Shown in pieces: positions 1 through 11,049 of a stretch of 64,000 nucleotides of DNA. The stretch is from Anthoceros angustus (lineage: Eukaryota > Plantae > Anthocerotophyta). Made by a program: the position numbers and the translations under genes. Location of the stretch: contig MU008221.1 of the NCBI GenBank assembly GCA_010909165.1, positions 62,001 to 126,000 of the forward strand. The letters are read 5' to 3'. The notes beneath the pieces are model-generated. The model was not told the origin of the DNA. It did no database searches and was given only the letters and a program-made list of their open reading frames with translations. Every line of letters starts with the position of its first letter. The first letter of the stretch is position 1.

Positions 1-237
1 TAGGTACCCTGTTATTGTTATCCAGTTACAAATCGGCCAAACGCCAAACGCAGAAAGAAAATAAGAAATTCGGTCAAACGACAGGAGCTGTTGCTGTTTC
101 TGAGCAGCATCCCCTGAACGTTCCTGCCAAAGCCCGTCAGGTCGGGTAGCGTGAAGGAGAGTGGAACTCTTTCCCCGCTAAGAAACCCCTCGGCAAGCAG
201 AGGCTGAGGTTTTGTACCATAGTCCCAGTGCACGGCC

Positions 238-1093
238 ATGGCGAGCGAGGCGCGGGAGATTCTGGTGGCGATCGTTCTGTTCGATAGGATCACTATCCTG
301 GATGCAGTGGGGCCATACGAAGTGCTGCACCTTCTGCCTAATGTGCGAGTCGTGTTTGTGAGCCACCAACCGGGTGTCTACTATTCAGAGATGGAATTCC
401 TCGGTCTGCCTGCAACGAAATCGTTTGAAGAGGTGCCCGCTCCTGACGTTCTCGTAGTACCTGGAGGCTTCGGCACGCGCAAGCTGGTGACCGATGTAGT
501 GATTCTCGACTGGATCAGGAAGGTGCTTGCCGTCTCGTCCCTTGCATTCTAACAACCCACATTCAGGCGTTTGTGCAAACTTAACAGGTTGAGCCCCTCT
601 GCCCAGGTTCATGATGGCACCTTGTACACAACCTCCGTTTGCACGGGATCTCTACTTCTTGCGGCCGCCGGACTGCTCCAAGGATTGGATGCAACCACAC
701 ACTGGTCGTGCTACAACCTCCTTGCCCAGTACGGAGCCAATCCCACGAAACAGCGGGTGGTTCGACAGGTGATGCCTGCAACCGTTCCTCTTTGATGTAT
801 CGCGTGGTTCAAGCGCATCCAACTTGGATGATGGACACCACCGAATTGTCGCGTGTGTGCAGGGGAAGATCATAACGGCCGCAGGAGTTTCTTCTGGGAT
901 AGACATGGCTGTCCAACTCGCTGCTCTGCTCACAGATGAACTCACTGCAAAGGCTGTGCAGCTGGCAATCGAATACGACCCGCAGCCACCTTATGATAGT
1001 GGATCTGTTGACAAGGCCAGTGAGGAGGTGCGAGCCAAAGCTGGGGAGCTCGGCATGAGACTCCGCAACCGAGACGCAGCATTGCATTCCTGA
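238..1093 (+). CDS. DJ-1/PfpI (ThiJ) family protein, isonitrile hydratase/InhA-like; exons 238-522, 607-768, 863-1093
   Basis: GT-AG joins give one frame: LDAVGPYEVL...PDVLVVPGG...SVCTGSLLLAAAGLL...ATTHW...GKIITAAGVSSGIDMA...QLAIEYDPQPPYDSGS; nucleophile Cys in SVCTG. Confidence 0.9.
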
Positions 1094-1257
1094 AAATGCT
1101 CCACGTGTGGAAAGATGCCATTCAAGTAAAACCATGTCATATAGTTCTGTGACTACAAATGCCTCCAACCCCTCTACATAACAAAATCGCTAGCTCCTGA
1201 AGGCTACTACTTGCCTCCATGGTACCATCATCTTCGGCCTGAATTCATACGAGTGCA

Positions 1258-1950
<693 letters not shown>

Positions 1951-2191
1951 GGCGCCGGACGCCGCAGCGCAACACAGCTCAGGGCAAAACCTAAAGCAAC
2001 TGAAAGGATTCTGCGCTGGTCTGTCTCTCACTAAATAGAAGAGTCGACGTACGTAAAAGTACCTACGTATATTGCTATACCTAGGTGTGTATACGTACAC
2101 CTGTATGTACGTGAATTCGTTGTCTCGAGACCCGACTTCTCCCGCCAACAAGCGTAGTGAAGTCTCAGCGCTCGCTGCTGTTTTGCAAGCG

Positions 2192-3560
2192 ATGGCGATG
2201 GACGGAGTTCGCATGGGCATGCGAAGGATGGCGGATAAGGCTAGGACTCTGTCAACTGTAAGCTCTGTTGCCCTCTTGTTCAGCTCTATGTTTCTTGGTG
2301 GTCTTGGTAGCTTCTGGCACCGTTCAAGCTGGTGCTCAGCATCTGATGTCGAGCACTTTTGCAGGAGATGGATGCCAGCACGATGAAGATCCGATTGTTG
2401 GCGGAAGACCTGGAAAAGCATCACAGCAGCGATATGGTTGTTGACCCTGCCCTCTCCCCGGCTTGTGCTGTTTCCAATTGTTCGATTCTGCCTCACCGTT
2501 GATCGTTGATTGCCAGGTTAACAAACTTGAAGCTGCTACCCTTGAAATGATAGAATGTGCTGATTTTCTCAAACATCACTCTGGCGCGCTTCAATTCCTC
2601 ACTGAATCCTACCAACCTGGACCTCAGGTAACTAGGTTTCCGTGGAGGTGCTACTTTTGTAATTAGTTTCCTGCGGCGTCTCACAAATTTCTTTCCCTTG
2701 TGAAGTGAAGCTGACAGATTTTGTGAGCTTGCTAGAAGAGAAAAGAAGGGAGCTTGAGCAGGCTTCACCATGCGATCCACAGAATTCCCGCTTTTACAAG
2801 CAGTTTAAGGAAGCTGTTTGGGTAAGTACGCTGATTGGAGGATAACTAGGTCTAAGTAGGGCAGCATTGTTGGAGGTTGCGGATTGCCGATGCCACTGGG
2901 TGTGCAGAATGTTCACCATTCTGGAGAGCCTATGCCGGGGCAGGAGTTAGAGGACATTGTGATGACGACATCGGAATTTGGATTAAAAAACCATACCTGC
3001 CCTATCAGCGGAAAGCCTGTGACAGAGCTTGTGGACCCTGTCCGGAGGTATATCCTATTGAATGTGAAGCATTTGTGAACAATAACTCAGGATCTGATGT
3101 AGCAAGATATTGTGCCGGCATAATATGGTAGTATTGTGTCCTCTGGCTGTTGCAGTTCGGCCTGCCAACACATTTTCGAGAAGTCAGCCGTCATGGAGCT
3201 CATCAGGATGGCTGGAAGAAGGATTTGCCACTGTGCAATCGCAGGTAAAAATGGGGACTCATGGCCCTTTATGGATCGCTTTGGTACTTGTGGTCTGCTT
3301 TGTCTTGTCCCCAGCAGAAGGTGCTTTGTAGATATTTTTGGCTTTTTGAAAGAGTACTCATTATGTCTTGGGCGGACATTGTAGGCTGCCCGAAACCTCT
3401 TACCTTGGCTGAGCTCATATGCGACGAGTACCTGCTAGTGGAGATTGCAGAACTGCGGACTCGTAGTTGCGAAGGAGCCCTGTCTGGAGCACAAGACTTT
3501 ACTGACCTGGATGCCGTTGTGGATTTAGACGTAGTGGAAGACACCCAGGAAGACGAGTGA
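2192..3560 (+). CDS. MMS21: SUMO E3 ligase MMS21/NSE2 (SP-RING), multi-exon
   Basis: EDIVMTTSEFGLKNHTCPISGKPVTELVDPVR / HIFEKSAVM..CAIAG / CPKPL..LICDEYLLVEIAELR / acidic DFTD tail; internal exon limits approximate. Confidence 0.88.
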
Positions 3561-3794
3561 AAAATGATCGACTGTTTTGGGCTGGCGCAATAGGCGACAC
3601 AAAGCAAAGTCATGTGACGTACATAGGAGTTGTTATCGACAGCTAACACCAGCAGCTGAGCCGGGTGGCCAAGGGACCTGCTCAACTGCAGACCCAATTT
3701 TGAGAAGCATATCCGTCGCTGGAGCTTAGCTCTTGATGAGACGGAGCACATTGCGACTCGTCATGCTGCTTTTTTCATACAGATGTAGGAGGTT

Positions 3795-6700
3795 TCAATT
3801 TGATGTCATAGGGTTCTCCTTCAAACTAAGGTTTCCATGTACAAGATGCCCCACCTGCTCGCTAAGTTCAGTCAGAAGTTGGTAGATCACAGCCTCTTGT
3901 TGGTGACTGTGGTCACCCGCCAGAAATGTGTGGACCGCCTGCTTGTGCTCGATCCAGCTCTGGCCAGGCTCCTTCCATGCACGTGCAATTTCTCTCAACT
4001 CGTATACTTCGTTTGCCGAATTCCACAAACCGGCATCAGCGTATATATTTGCCATAAGAACGTAGGCTGCACCATGCTTGGGTTCTCCACTAACCGCGCG
4101 GTCAAAGGCATACCTTCCTAGTACCACATTGCCATATTTCTGGCAAGCACCAAGCAAACACAACCACAGCGGCAAATCAGGCTGCATTGGCATTTGTGCA
4201 AGCAGCTTTTCTGCCTGGCTAAAGCACCCTGCACGACTCACAAGATCGATCACACAAGCGTAATGCTCCAGCGTCCCTGGTATCCCATAATCTCTGACCA
4301 TGCTTTCAAAGTACTGTAACCCCTTGTCTACTCTGCCAGCATGATTGCACGCAGACAGCAGAGCCAGGAATGTGGCCGCCTGGGGTTTTACGCCGCCTCT
4401 GCACAAGTCTTCATAGCGTCGCATGGCCATCTCCAAACTCCCTAGTCGAGCATACCCAGTTATCAATGCAGTCCATGACACCACATCCGGCTGAGCAAGT
4501 GACTCGAACACAAGTTCAGCATTCGACATGCTCCCACATTTGCCATAAGCATAAATCAGACTGGTAGCCACAGAAAGCCTGCCAGCAAAACCACTTTCAA
4601 CAATAGTTTTGTGGGTCTCAATACAGACTTCTAAAGCTCCGGTACTACTGCATGCTTCTAGAACAGCAAGAAATGTACACTCATGCGGCTTCACACCATC
4701 TGCTTGCATCCCGGCATATAGTTGCAGAGCCTTTTCTCCTTGGTCTTGCTGAGCATAGGCTGAAATCATAGCAGTCCACGATACCACATTGCGGTGGGTC
4801 AACATGTCAAACACACGTTGAGCATCCTCGATGCTCCCACACTTTGTATACATGGTAATCAAAGAGTTGGCAACAAACATGTTTGATTCAAATCCCTTCT
4901 GCGCAGCAAGAGAATGCATTTCTCTTCCCTTCCGCAGGGTCTCTACTTTCACATGTCGCCGGTTTACCAGAGCACCTTCCTCCTCCTCTGCCAGGCTACC
5001 ACATGCTTGGAGAATGCTAACGAAGGTCCATGCATCAGGACTGACTCCTTCCTCCTGCATGTGCTGATACACCTTCAAGGCCTTCCCTCCCTGTTCCTGC
5101 TGAGCATATGCTCCAATCATGGCAGTCCATGACGCCACATTACGTTGAGACAATTTGTCAAATACCTGTTTCGCATCCTCGATACTCCCACACCGCGCAT
5201 ACATACTAACCAACATGCTACCAACATAAACATCGGAGTCAAAAACTCCCATGCTTCCAGCGTGTATTTTCTTCCCCTTCTCAAGACACTGCACTTTCAC
5301 ATTTTGCCTGTCCACCACAATGTATACCTCCTTCTCTGCAAGGCTGCCACAGGCTTGGAGAGCACTGACATACGTGCGAGCATCTGGCAAAACCTCTAGC
5401 TCTTGCATTTGTTCAAAGATCTCCAAAGCCTTGCCTTCTTCATCCTGCTGAGCATATGCAGCTATCATCGAAGTCCACAACACCACGTTGTGTCGTGGAC
5501 ATCTGTCAAATACCAGCTGCGCATCCTTAAGGCTTCCACATTTTGCATACATACTGATCAATGTGCAACTAACAAAGATGTCAGAATCAAAATTCATTCT
5601 TCTAGCTTCTGCATGGACTTCCCTCCCTTTCCTAAGGGACTGCACCTTCACAGGTTGACCATCAACAAGCTGCCCTTCTTCCTTTCCTGGGAGGCTGCTA
5701 CATGCTTGGAGTGTGCTCACAAAAGTCCGAGCGTCTGGCCTCACGCCTTCCTCTTGCATCTGCCAATAAATCTGTAAGGCCATTTCACCTTGATCTAGTT
5801 GAGCGTATGCAGCAATTAGCGCATTCCAAGACACCACATTGCGCTGAGACAGTCTATCAAAGATCAGTTGCGCATCATCAATGCTCCCACACTTTGCATA
5901 CATGCTCACTAACGTACTACCAACGAAAACGTCCAATTCAAAACCCCTTCTACTTGCACCAGCGTGTATCTCCTTCCCCTTCTGCAGAGATTCTACCTTC
6001 AAAACTAGACCATTCAAAACAGTACCCCCGTCCATTTCTGCAAGGCTCGCACAGGCTTGGAGAGTGCTAACAAAGGTCCGTGCATTGGGCTTCACCCCTT
6101 CAGCTTGCATTTCCTGATATAACTGTAAGGCCCTTTCTCCTTGGTCCTGCTGAGCATATGCCGCAAGCATTGCGTTCCATGAAACTACATTGCGGCAAGA
6201 CAATCCATTGAACACCTGCTGCGCATCAATGATGCTTCCACATTTTGCATACATACTAACCAAACTGCTGCCAACAAACACATCTGATCCAAACCCACAG
6301 GCCAGAGCTGCAGCATGAATCTGCTTCCCCTCTTCCAGATCTTTTAGCTTGGCACAGGCTTTAAGTACCATGACAAATGTATAGTTGTCAGGCTGCACAC
6401 CTTCCTGTTGCATCTGCTGGTAGCATGTCAGAGCCACCCGACAATGTCCAGCATTGCAATACCCTGCGATGATGGCTGTCCATGAGAAGGCTGTTCGATA
6501 GGACAATTGTTGGAACAACTGAACCCCGTCTACAAGGCCCCCACAGTTTACTAGTGTAGCAACCAGAAGTTCGGACAAGAAGCTGTTGAGTTCCAAACCA
6601 CGTTGTGCCATATGCTCTTGTACACGCTTGGCCTGAGGAAGGGCCCTTTTCTTCCCGCAAGCATGCAATAGGCTCTGATACATGCGCAGGGAAACGCCAC

Positions 6701-6797
6701 TTTCCTGCTGGTCCAGGTGGAACAAGAGAACCAGTGCCTTGTCTAGCAGTCCTTCCTTGCATAACGTGCACACTTCATGTGCATCTCCAGAGATCAT
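3795..6797 (-). CDS. PLS-class PPR protein with E1/E2/E+ domains and no DYW deaminase domain (organellar RNA-editing factor type)
   Basis: 1000-aa ORF with repeated P-L-S motifs (NVVSWNAMLAAYAQ, LVSMYAKCGSIxDA); E motifs, PG box KEPGQSWIE...FLAGDHSH, then stop; N-terminus could extend through an upstream exon. Confidence 0.95.
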   Translation of the reverse strand: MISGDAHEVCTLCKEGLLDKALVLLFHLDQQESGVSLRMYQSLLHACGKKRALPQAKRVQEHMAQRGLELNSFLSELLVATLVNCGGLVDGVQLFQQLSYRTAFSWTAIIAGYCNAGHCRVALTCYQQMQQEGVQPDNYTFVMVLKACAKLKDLEEGKQIHAAALACGFGSDVFVGSSLVSMYAKCGSIIDAQQVFNGLSCRNVVSWNAMLAAYAQQDQGERALQLYQEMQAEGVKPNARTFVSTLQACASLAEMDGGTVLNGLVLKVESLQKGKEIHAGASRRGFELDVFVGSTLVSMYAKCGSIDDAQLIFDRLSQRNVVSWNALIAAYAQLDQGEMALQIYWQMQEEGVRPDARTFVSTLQACSSLPGKEEGQLVDGQPVKVQSLRKGREVHAEARRMNFDSDIFVSCTLISMYAKCGSLKDAQLVFDRCPRHNVVLWTSMIAAYAQQDEEGKALEIFEQMQELEVLPDARTYVSALQACGSLAEKEVYIVVDRQNVKVQCLEKGKKIHAGSMGVFDSDVYVGSMLVSMYARCGSIEDAKQVFDKLSQRNVASWTAMIGAYAQQEQGGKALKVYQHMQEEGVSPDAWTFVSILQACGSLAEEEEGALVNRRHVKVETLRKGREMHSLAAQKGFESNMFVANSLITMYTKCGSIEDAQRVFDMLTHRNVVSWTAMISAYAQQDQGEKALQLYAGMQADGVKPHECTFLAVLEACSSTGALEVCIETHKTIVESGFAGRLSVATSLIYAYGKCGSMSNAELVFESLAQPDVVSWTALITGYARLGSLEMAMRRYEDLCRGGVKPQAATFLALLSACNHAGRVDKGLQYFESMVRDYGIPGTLEHYACVIDLVSRAGCFSQAEKLLAQMPMQPDLPLWLCLLGACQKYGNVVLGRYAFDRAVSGEPKHGAAYVLMANIYADAGLWNSANEVYELREIARAWKEPGQSWIEHKQAVHTFLAGDHSHQQEAVIYQLLTELSEQVGHLVHGNLSLKENPMTSN

Positions 6798-7424
6798 CGA
6801 AGTCCTACAAATGTGAACATTCCTTGCTCTTATCAGGAAATCAGATTCACCTAGAATGATTCAAACAGCATCTTGACATGAGTGACACATAGAGTCCTCC
6901 ACAGCGTGTTTAAGGAGAGCACTTCTCTCACCCAGAAGTCCAAGTAGATGTTGTACAGCAGAAGACCCCCATGGTCAGTCGTGCATCAATTAAGGTCACG
7001 ACCAAGCAAATGGTTATGAGTGTGAGCCGTCTTGAAAACTCCTCTGCATCACAAGAAACAGTAAGCAGCTCACGTAAGCCATAAAATGCATGGTCCGAGG
7101 CAATCCGAGTACCCCTACTCGCACACCCAAATTTGCTAAGATGTCAGAAAGACAACGTCCATACTCACATGGAGGACATTTTGACAACGAAAGCCAGGTA
7201 CTGTGCGCGCTGAAAAGGAAACCAGAACACCCCGGCCTGGCAGTTGAATATAAAAGAACGATAACCATTCCAATCACACCAGCAATGCCTGCACACGGAC
7301 CATATGAGATCAGTCCTGCCACAGACAGCAATGACTACATGCACTTGTGAGGTATCCTAACCAGCTTTCCAAATAGCCCAACTGACTAGATGGATGCACT
7401 TGCCGATGATGATAATCTAAAAAC

Positions 7425-7532
7425 AGGAACCTTGAGAAATGATGTCCATTGACGTAGCCACTGTCCATGGATCTGCTCTCACTGGGTACAAACTGCCATG
7501 AGTTATCCCTGAGAACCATCGCAGCCTCGTAG
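7425..7532 (-). pseudogene. Degenerate copy of the last coding exon of RCE1
   Basis: Reads EAAMVLRDNSWQFVPSESRSMDSGYVNGHHFSR vs [33 protein letters not shown] at ~8865-8970; DNA aligns by eye. Confidence 0.8.
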
Positions 7533-8027
7533 CTCTAGCCCTCCCAAAGCTCATATCACCGATTGCCTGCCTTTGAGAGTCGTTTTTCAGAAGCCATTCC
7601 GCAAAACCGTCGCGCTTCGAGGAGAACTATTATCCAAGCGTGTAGTGCTGCACACCTCGGATGGCACGCTCGAGAACAGCTAGTTGGCGACTTGGCACCT
7701 CATAAACTGGTAGGCCTCTCTCTATTCAAACGGACCACAGATTCTAAAGCGAACTTGCTGCCAACTATGTATTGCATTGTCTGCAGGAGCGGGCATGCCT
7801 TGAGGAGGTCGAGACGGTCCAGCATCATGTCGTGATGTGTGGACTGAGGAGTTCCATATTCACAGTGTACAAATGGCGACTTTCATAATTCATTTACTCT
7901 AAACCGGCGACCAACTGCCAAAAGTATCAAGCCTCGAATGGTGTTCAAATGGCTTAGGCCAAATGGACACACATTTACGCCGAATGTCGCTATTAAGCAT
8001 CCTGCACTTAGATCGGTACTTAGATAG

Positions 8028-8265
8028 GGTGCGTAAAGGGAGTGGATGCTTGGTGCAAGGGTGCCTAAAGGGAGTGGATGCCTATGGTGCAAGGGTGCTT
8101 AAAGGGAGTGGATGCGCTTGGTGCAAGGGTGCCTTTAAGGGAGTGGATGCCTTTGGTGCAAGTAGCTTAGACACTCTATTTTACAAGTTGTTAAGTACCA
8201 AGTCCCATGACAAAAATCCATCCTTAGTGGACTTAAATAAAATTCTTCTTCCTCTTCTTCTTCTC
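8028..8265 (+). mobile_element. Dispersed repeat, probable 3' end of a non-LTR retroelement: four ~31-33 bp tandem units, then AATAAA and a (TTC)n tail
   Basis: AAGGGAGTGGATGC..TGGTGCAAG units; 8155-8260 matches the reverse complement of 31431-31577. Confidence 0.6.
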
Positions 8266-8859
8266 GAATTATCCCTAAAAATTAAAAAAACACCAAGTTT
8301 CCAAGGACTTACGATGTGATTCCCATGTCCACATGGCTGAAACTGCCGACATGGCTGAAACTGCTCTATGACGTGTCTCCTGTACACATGTACCATGAAA
8401 AATATCCGACACGGAGATATGTACAGTGGTTCTGCGTAAAGAGTCGGATGGACGCCCACGGGTTTTGTGGCGACCACATCGGACCCCTTTCGCAGGGCAA
8501 ACAATCGAGCTAATTGACAACCTAATGACGTGAAGCTACTGACCATAAATAGATTGGAAAGAGTTATGATGTCCTCATTGATCGGCCCAATACACCTGCA
8601 AATCTTGCACAGCTAATCACTATGGACACCATACTGTCCGCTCCCCATAGGCGAGTGTTGAACCTCAAAAGTACCACGTGAAGGGGAGGATTGAACTCGC
8701 AAGAAGGCTAATAGCTACAGTGGTGCCACCCCGGATTCCAAAGACATCTGCTGTGTGGGGTATCTTACAAAGCTTCTAGAGTAGCCCAACTACTTGATAA
8801 TCGGAACAGCTCTACATAATGGTTATGAGACAAACCTAACACCTACTTTATATACTACA

Positions 8860-10159
8860 CTACACGCACCTTGGAAAATGATGTCCATTGAGGTAACCTC
8901 CACCCATCGTTCTTTTCACGTTGTTTTCAAACTGCCGGGCATTCTCTCTCAGAACCTCCGCAGCCTCGTGGTTTAGTGGATCATCAGGGTTCGGGTCCTG
9001 AAAGTGACGAGCGGCAAGTTGGTAACCAAGACTATCAAATTGAGCTGGACAGTAAGGCTCAAAAATTTGGCAAACAGACAGCCGTCCATGCAATCGCCAA
9101 TAAGTAACAGAGATTGCAATACGTACCAGAAACAGATATTGCAAGCCGTATATGATGGAGTTGACGCTCAGCACTGGTTTCCAATCCTCTCGAAGAATGT
9201 TCAGGCACACATTGCCTTCCAAGTCAATGTTCGGATGATAAACCTGGCAGACGGGTAATAAGAATCAAGAAGCACTTAGTGGACTTCTGCACGTTCCATC
9301 TACTACATGATTGAGTCCTCTTAAGGCTTCCACTACAAGGTAAAAGAACCACAGAAGACGAGCTGAGACGGACACGGAGAAGTGAAACAAATTGAGGAAT
9401 CCAAGAGGTTGTACCTTGGTCTTGCATTTCACTTTCGGAGCTTCATGCGGATAAACCTGGGAGATATTAAAGCTGAAGACAAAAGTTCCTCCCCTGGACA
9501 AGCAACAATGATCACAACAAAACTGTCAGAATCCAATTGCCAAAGAAAACAACGCATAACAACCCCCAGCATCAGCCGCAGGATTTGGTGCCCATGACGG
9601 ACAAGCTAGGGTTCCAAAGATCACTCTGTCCGGGGGTGATATTGAGTCCCAAATTGAATTCAGAAAATGCAGGACAACGGGAAAGGTCTGCAAGGCTTGT
9701 AGGAAGCAACACACCATGACCTAAGTTGGTGATCACTATCGCACAGGGAATGTGAAGGACACGATTCAAACTTACTGGTAGTAACCCTCATCAGGGCGAA
9801 TTGTGATCTCAAAGTTCAGGAGATTGTCCTTGCCCTGGGGAAAAGATATGGACGTGGTTTTCAACAAGTTCAGCTCGCTGATATCTGCAGCAGCGGACCA
9901 CACGATTAGACAGTGCACCCACAGCATCCTCACACGGCACCATCGAGCAGGAAGGCAATCGCTGGTCACCCTATCCGGGCCGGCTGAAATACCCCAAACA
10001 TGAATCGAGACGGAAGCAAAGGCACCAAGACATGAGATCTTCTCACGCACCCTTCTGCACCCGCAACTCCCCAGCGCTCTGCTTTTTGATCGGTGTCCTG
10101 CCATTAGCGCTCTCAGCGGCTTCCTTCTGCTTTTGCTTCACACTAAAAAGCTTGATCAT
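8860..10159 (-). CDS. RCE1: NEDD8/RUB-conjugating enzyme Ubc12, 5 exons
   Basis: [16 protein letters not shown]...ELRVQK|DISELNL...[10 protein letters not shown]|[21 protein letters not shown]|[24 protein letters not shown]|[13 protein letters not shown]. Confidence 0.96.
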
Positions 10160-10583
10160 GGTGGAGGCCCGTCGCCCGCAGCTCCGCCGGATGGCACAGC
10201 GTTTGCACCGCAGTACCAGAAATGGATGCAGAGGGGGAGGGAAAGCTGACGCCAAGGCTGGACAGGGCACCAAAAACTCCCACTCTCCTACTTAGGCTGG
10301 GTGTGCATATTTGTAACCCGAGCCGACGAGTTTGGGATCGCGGGATGCGCCATTCACACGTGACCAGACCGGAACAATTCTTTTCTCCCCGAGAAATACA
10401 TACCGGTAATTCCAAAAGCTTTCTTTTCCTTTCTCATTGATTGATAATGAATTGACGTTAACGACTAGGTTTCACAAGACCAAATACACTCTTGAATTGA
10501 GTACCTCCGCTCCTGGAGATAGTCATCCAAGTATTTTACCGAAACACCATCAAATATTCCGAATTTTGTGAAACTATTTGTGG

Positions 10584-10680
10584 TCCAAGAAGTCATCTTT
10601 TTAAATCCAAGAAGTCATCTTTTTAAATCCAAGAAGTCATCTTTTTAAATCCAAGAAGTCATCTTTTTAAATCCAAGAAG
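10584..10680. repeat. Tandem repeat, 22-bp unit TCCAAGAAGTCATCTTTTTAAA x4 plus partial
   Basis: Directly visible perfect copies. Confidence 0.95.
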
Positions 10681-11049
10681 TTATTTTTTTCTCTTTCCTT
10701 TGGTAGTTAGACTTTAAAAATATACTTTTAAACTAGCTATACTATAGAACTCTAGAGCGGTTTAGATTCTTGAAATGTATGCATAGAAATAGTTATAATA
10801 TAATAGTAAAAATACGATCAATATTCAGCGATTGACATACTTCATTTTCTCTATGTATTAGATATGGACATATCACTCTTTGCAAGGGTTACAAACTTTT
10901 TGTTTTCTTTATTCCATATCATATTTATTGAAAAACATAAAACATCCTCCAAACATACATGAGATTGATATCTCAAGATGACACTCCATCTCTCAGGGAA
11001 AAGAAAAATCCCATTATTATTAATTTAAAATGCCGTTCATCTATCAACC

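Noticed and set aside
8028-10680. Short repeat arrays at 8028 and 10584 as CRISPR arrays
   Set aside because: No unique spacers, no cas genes, eukaryotic context
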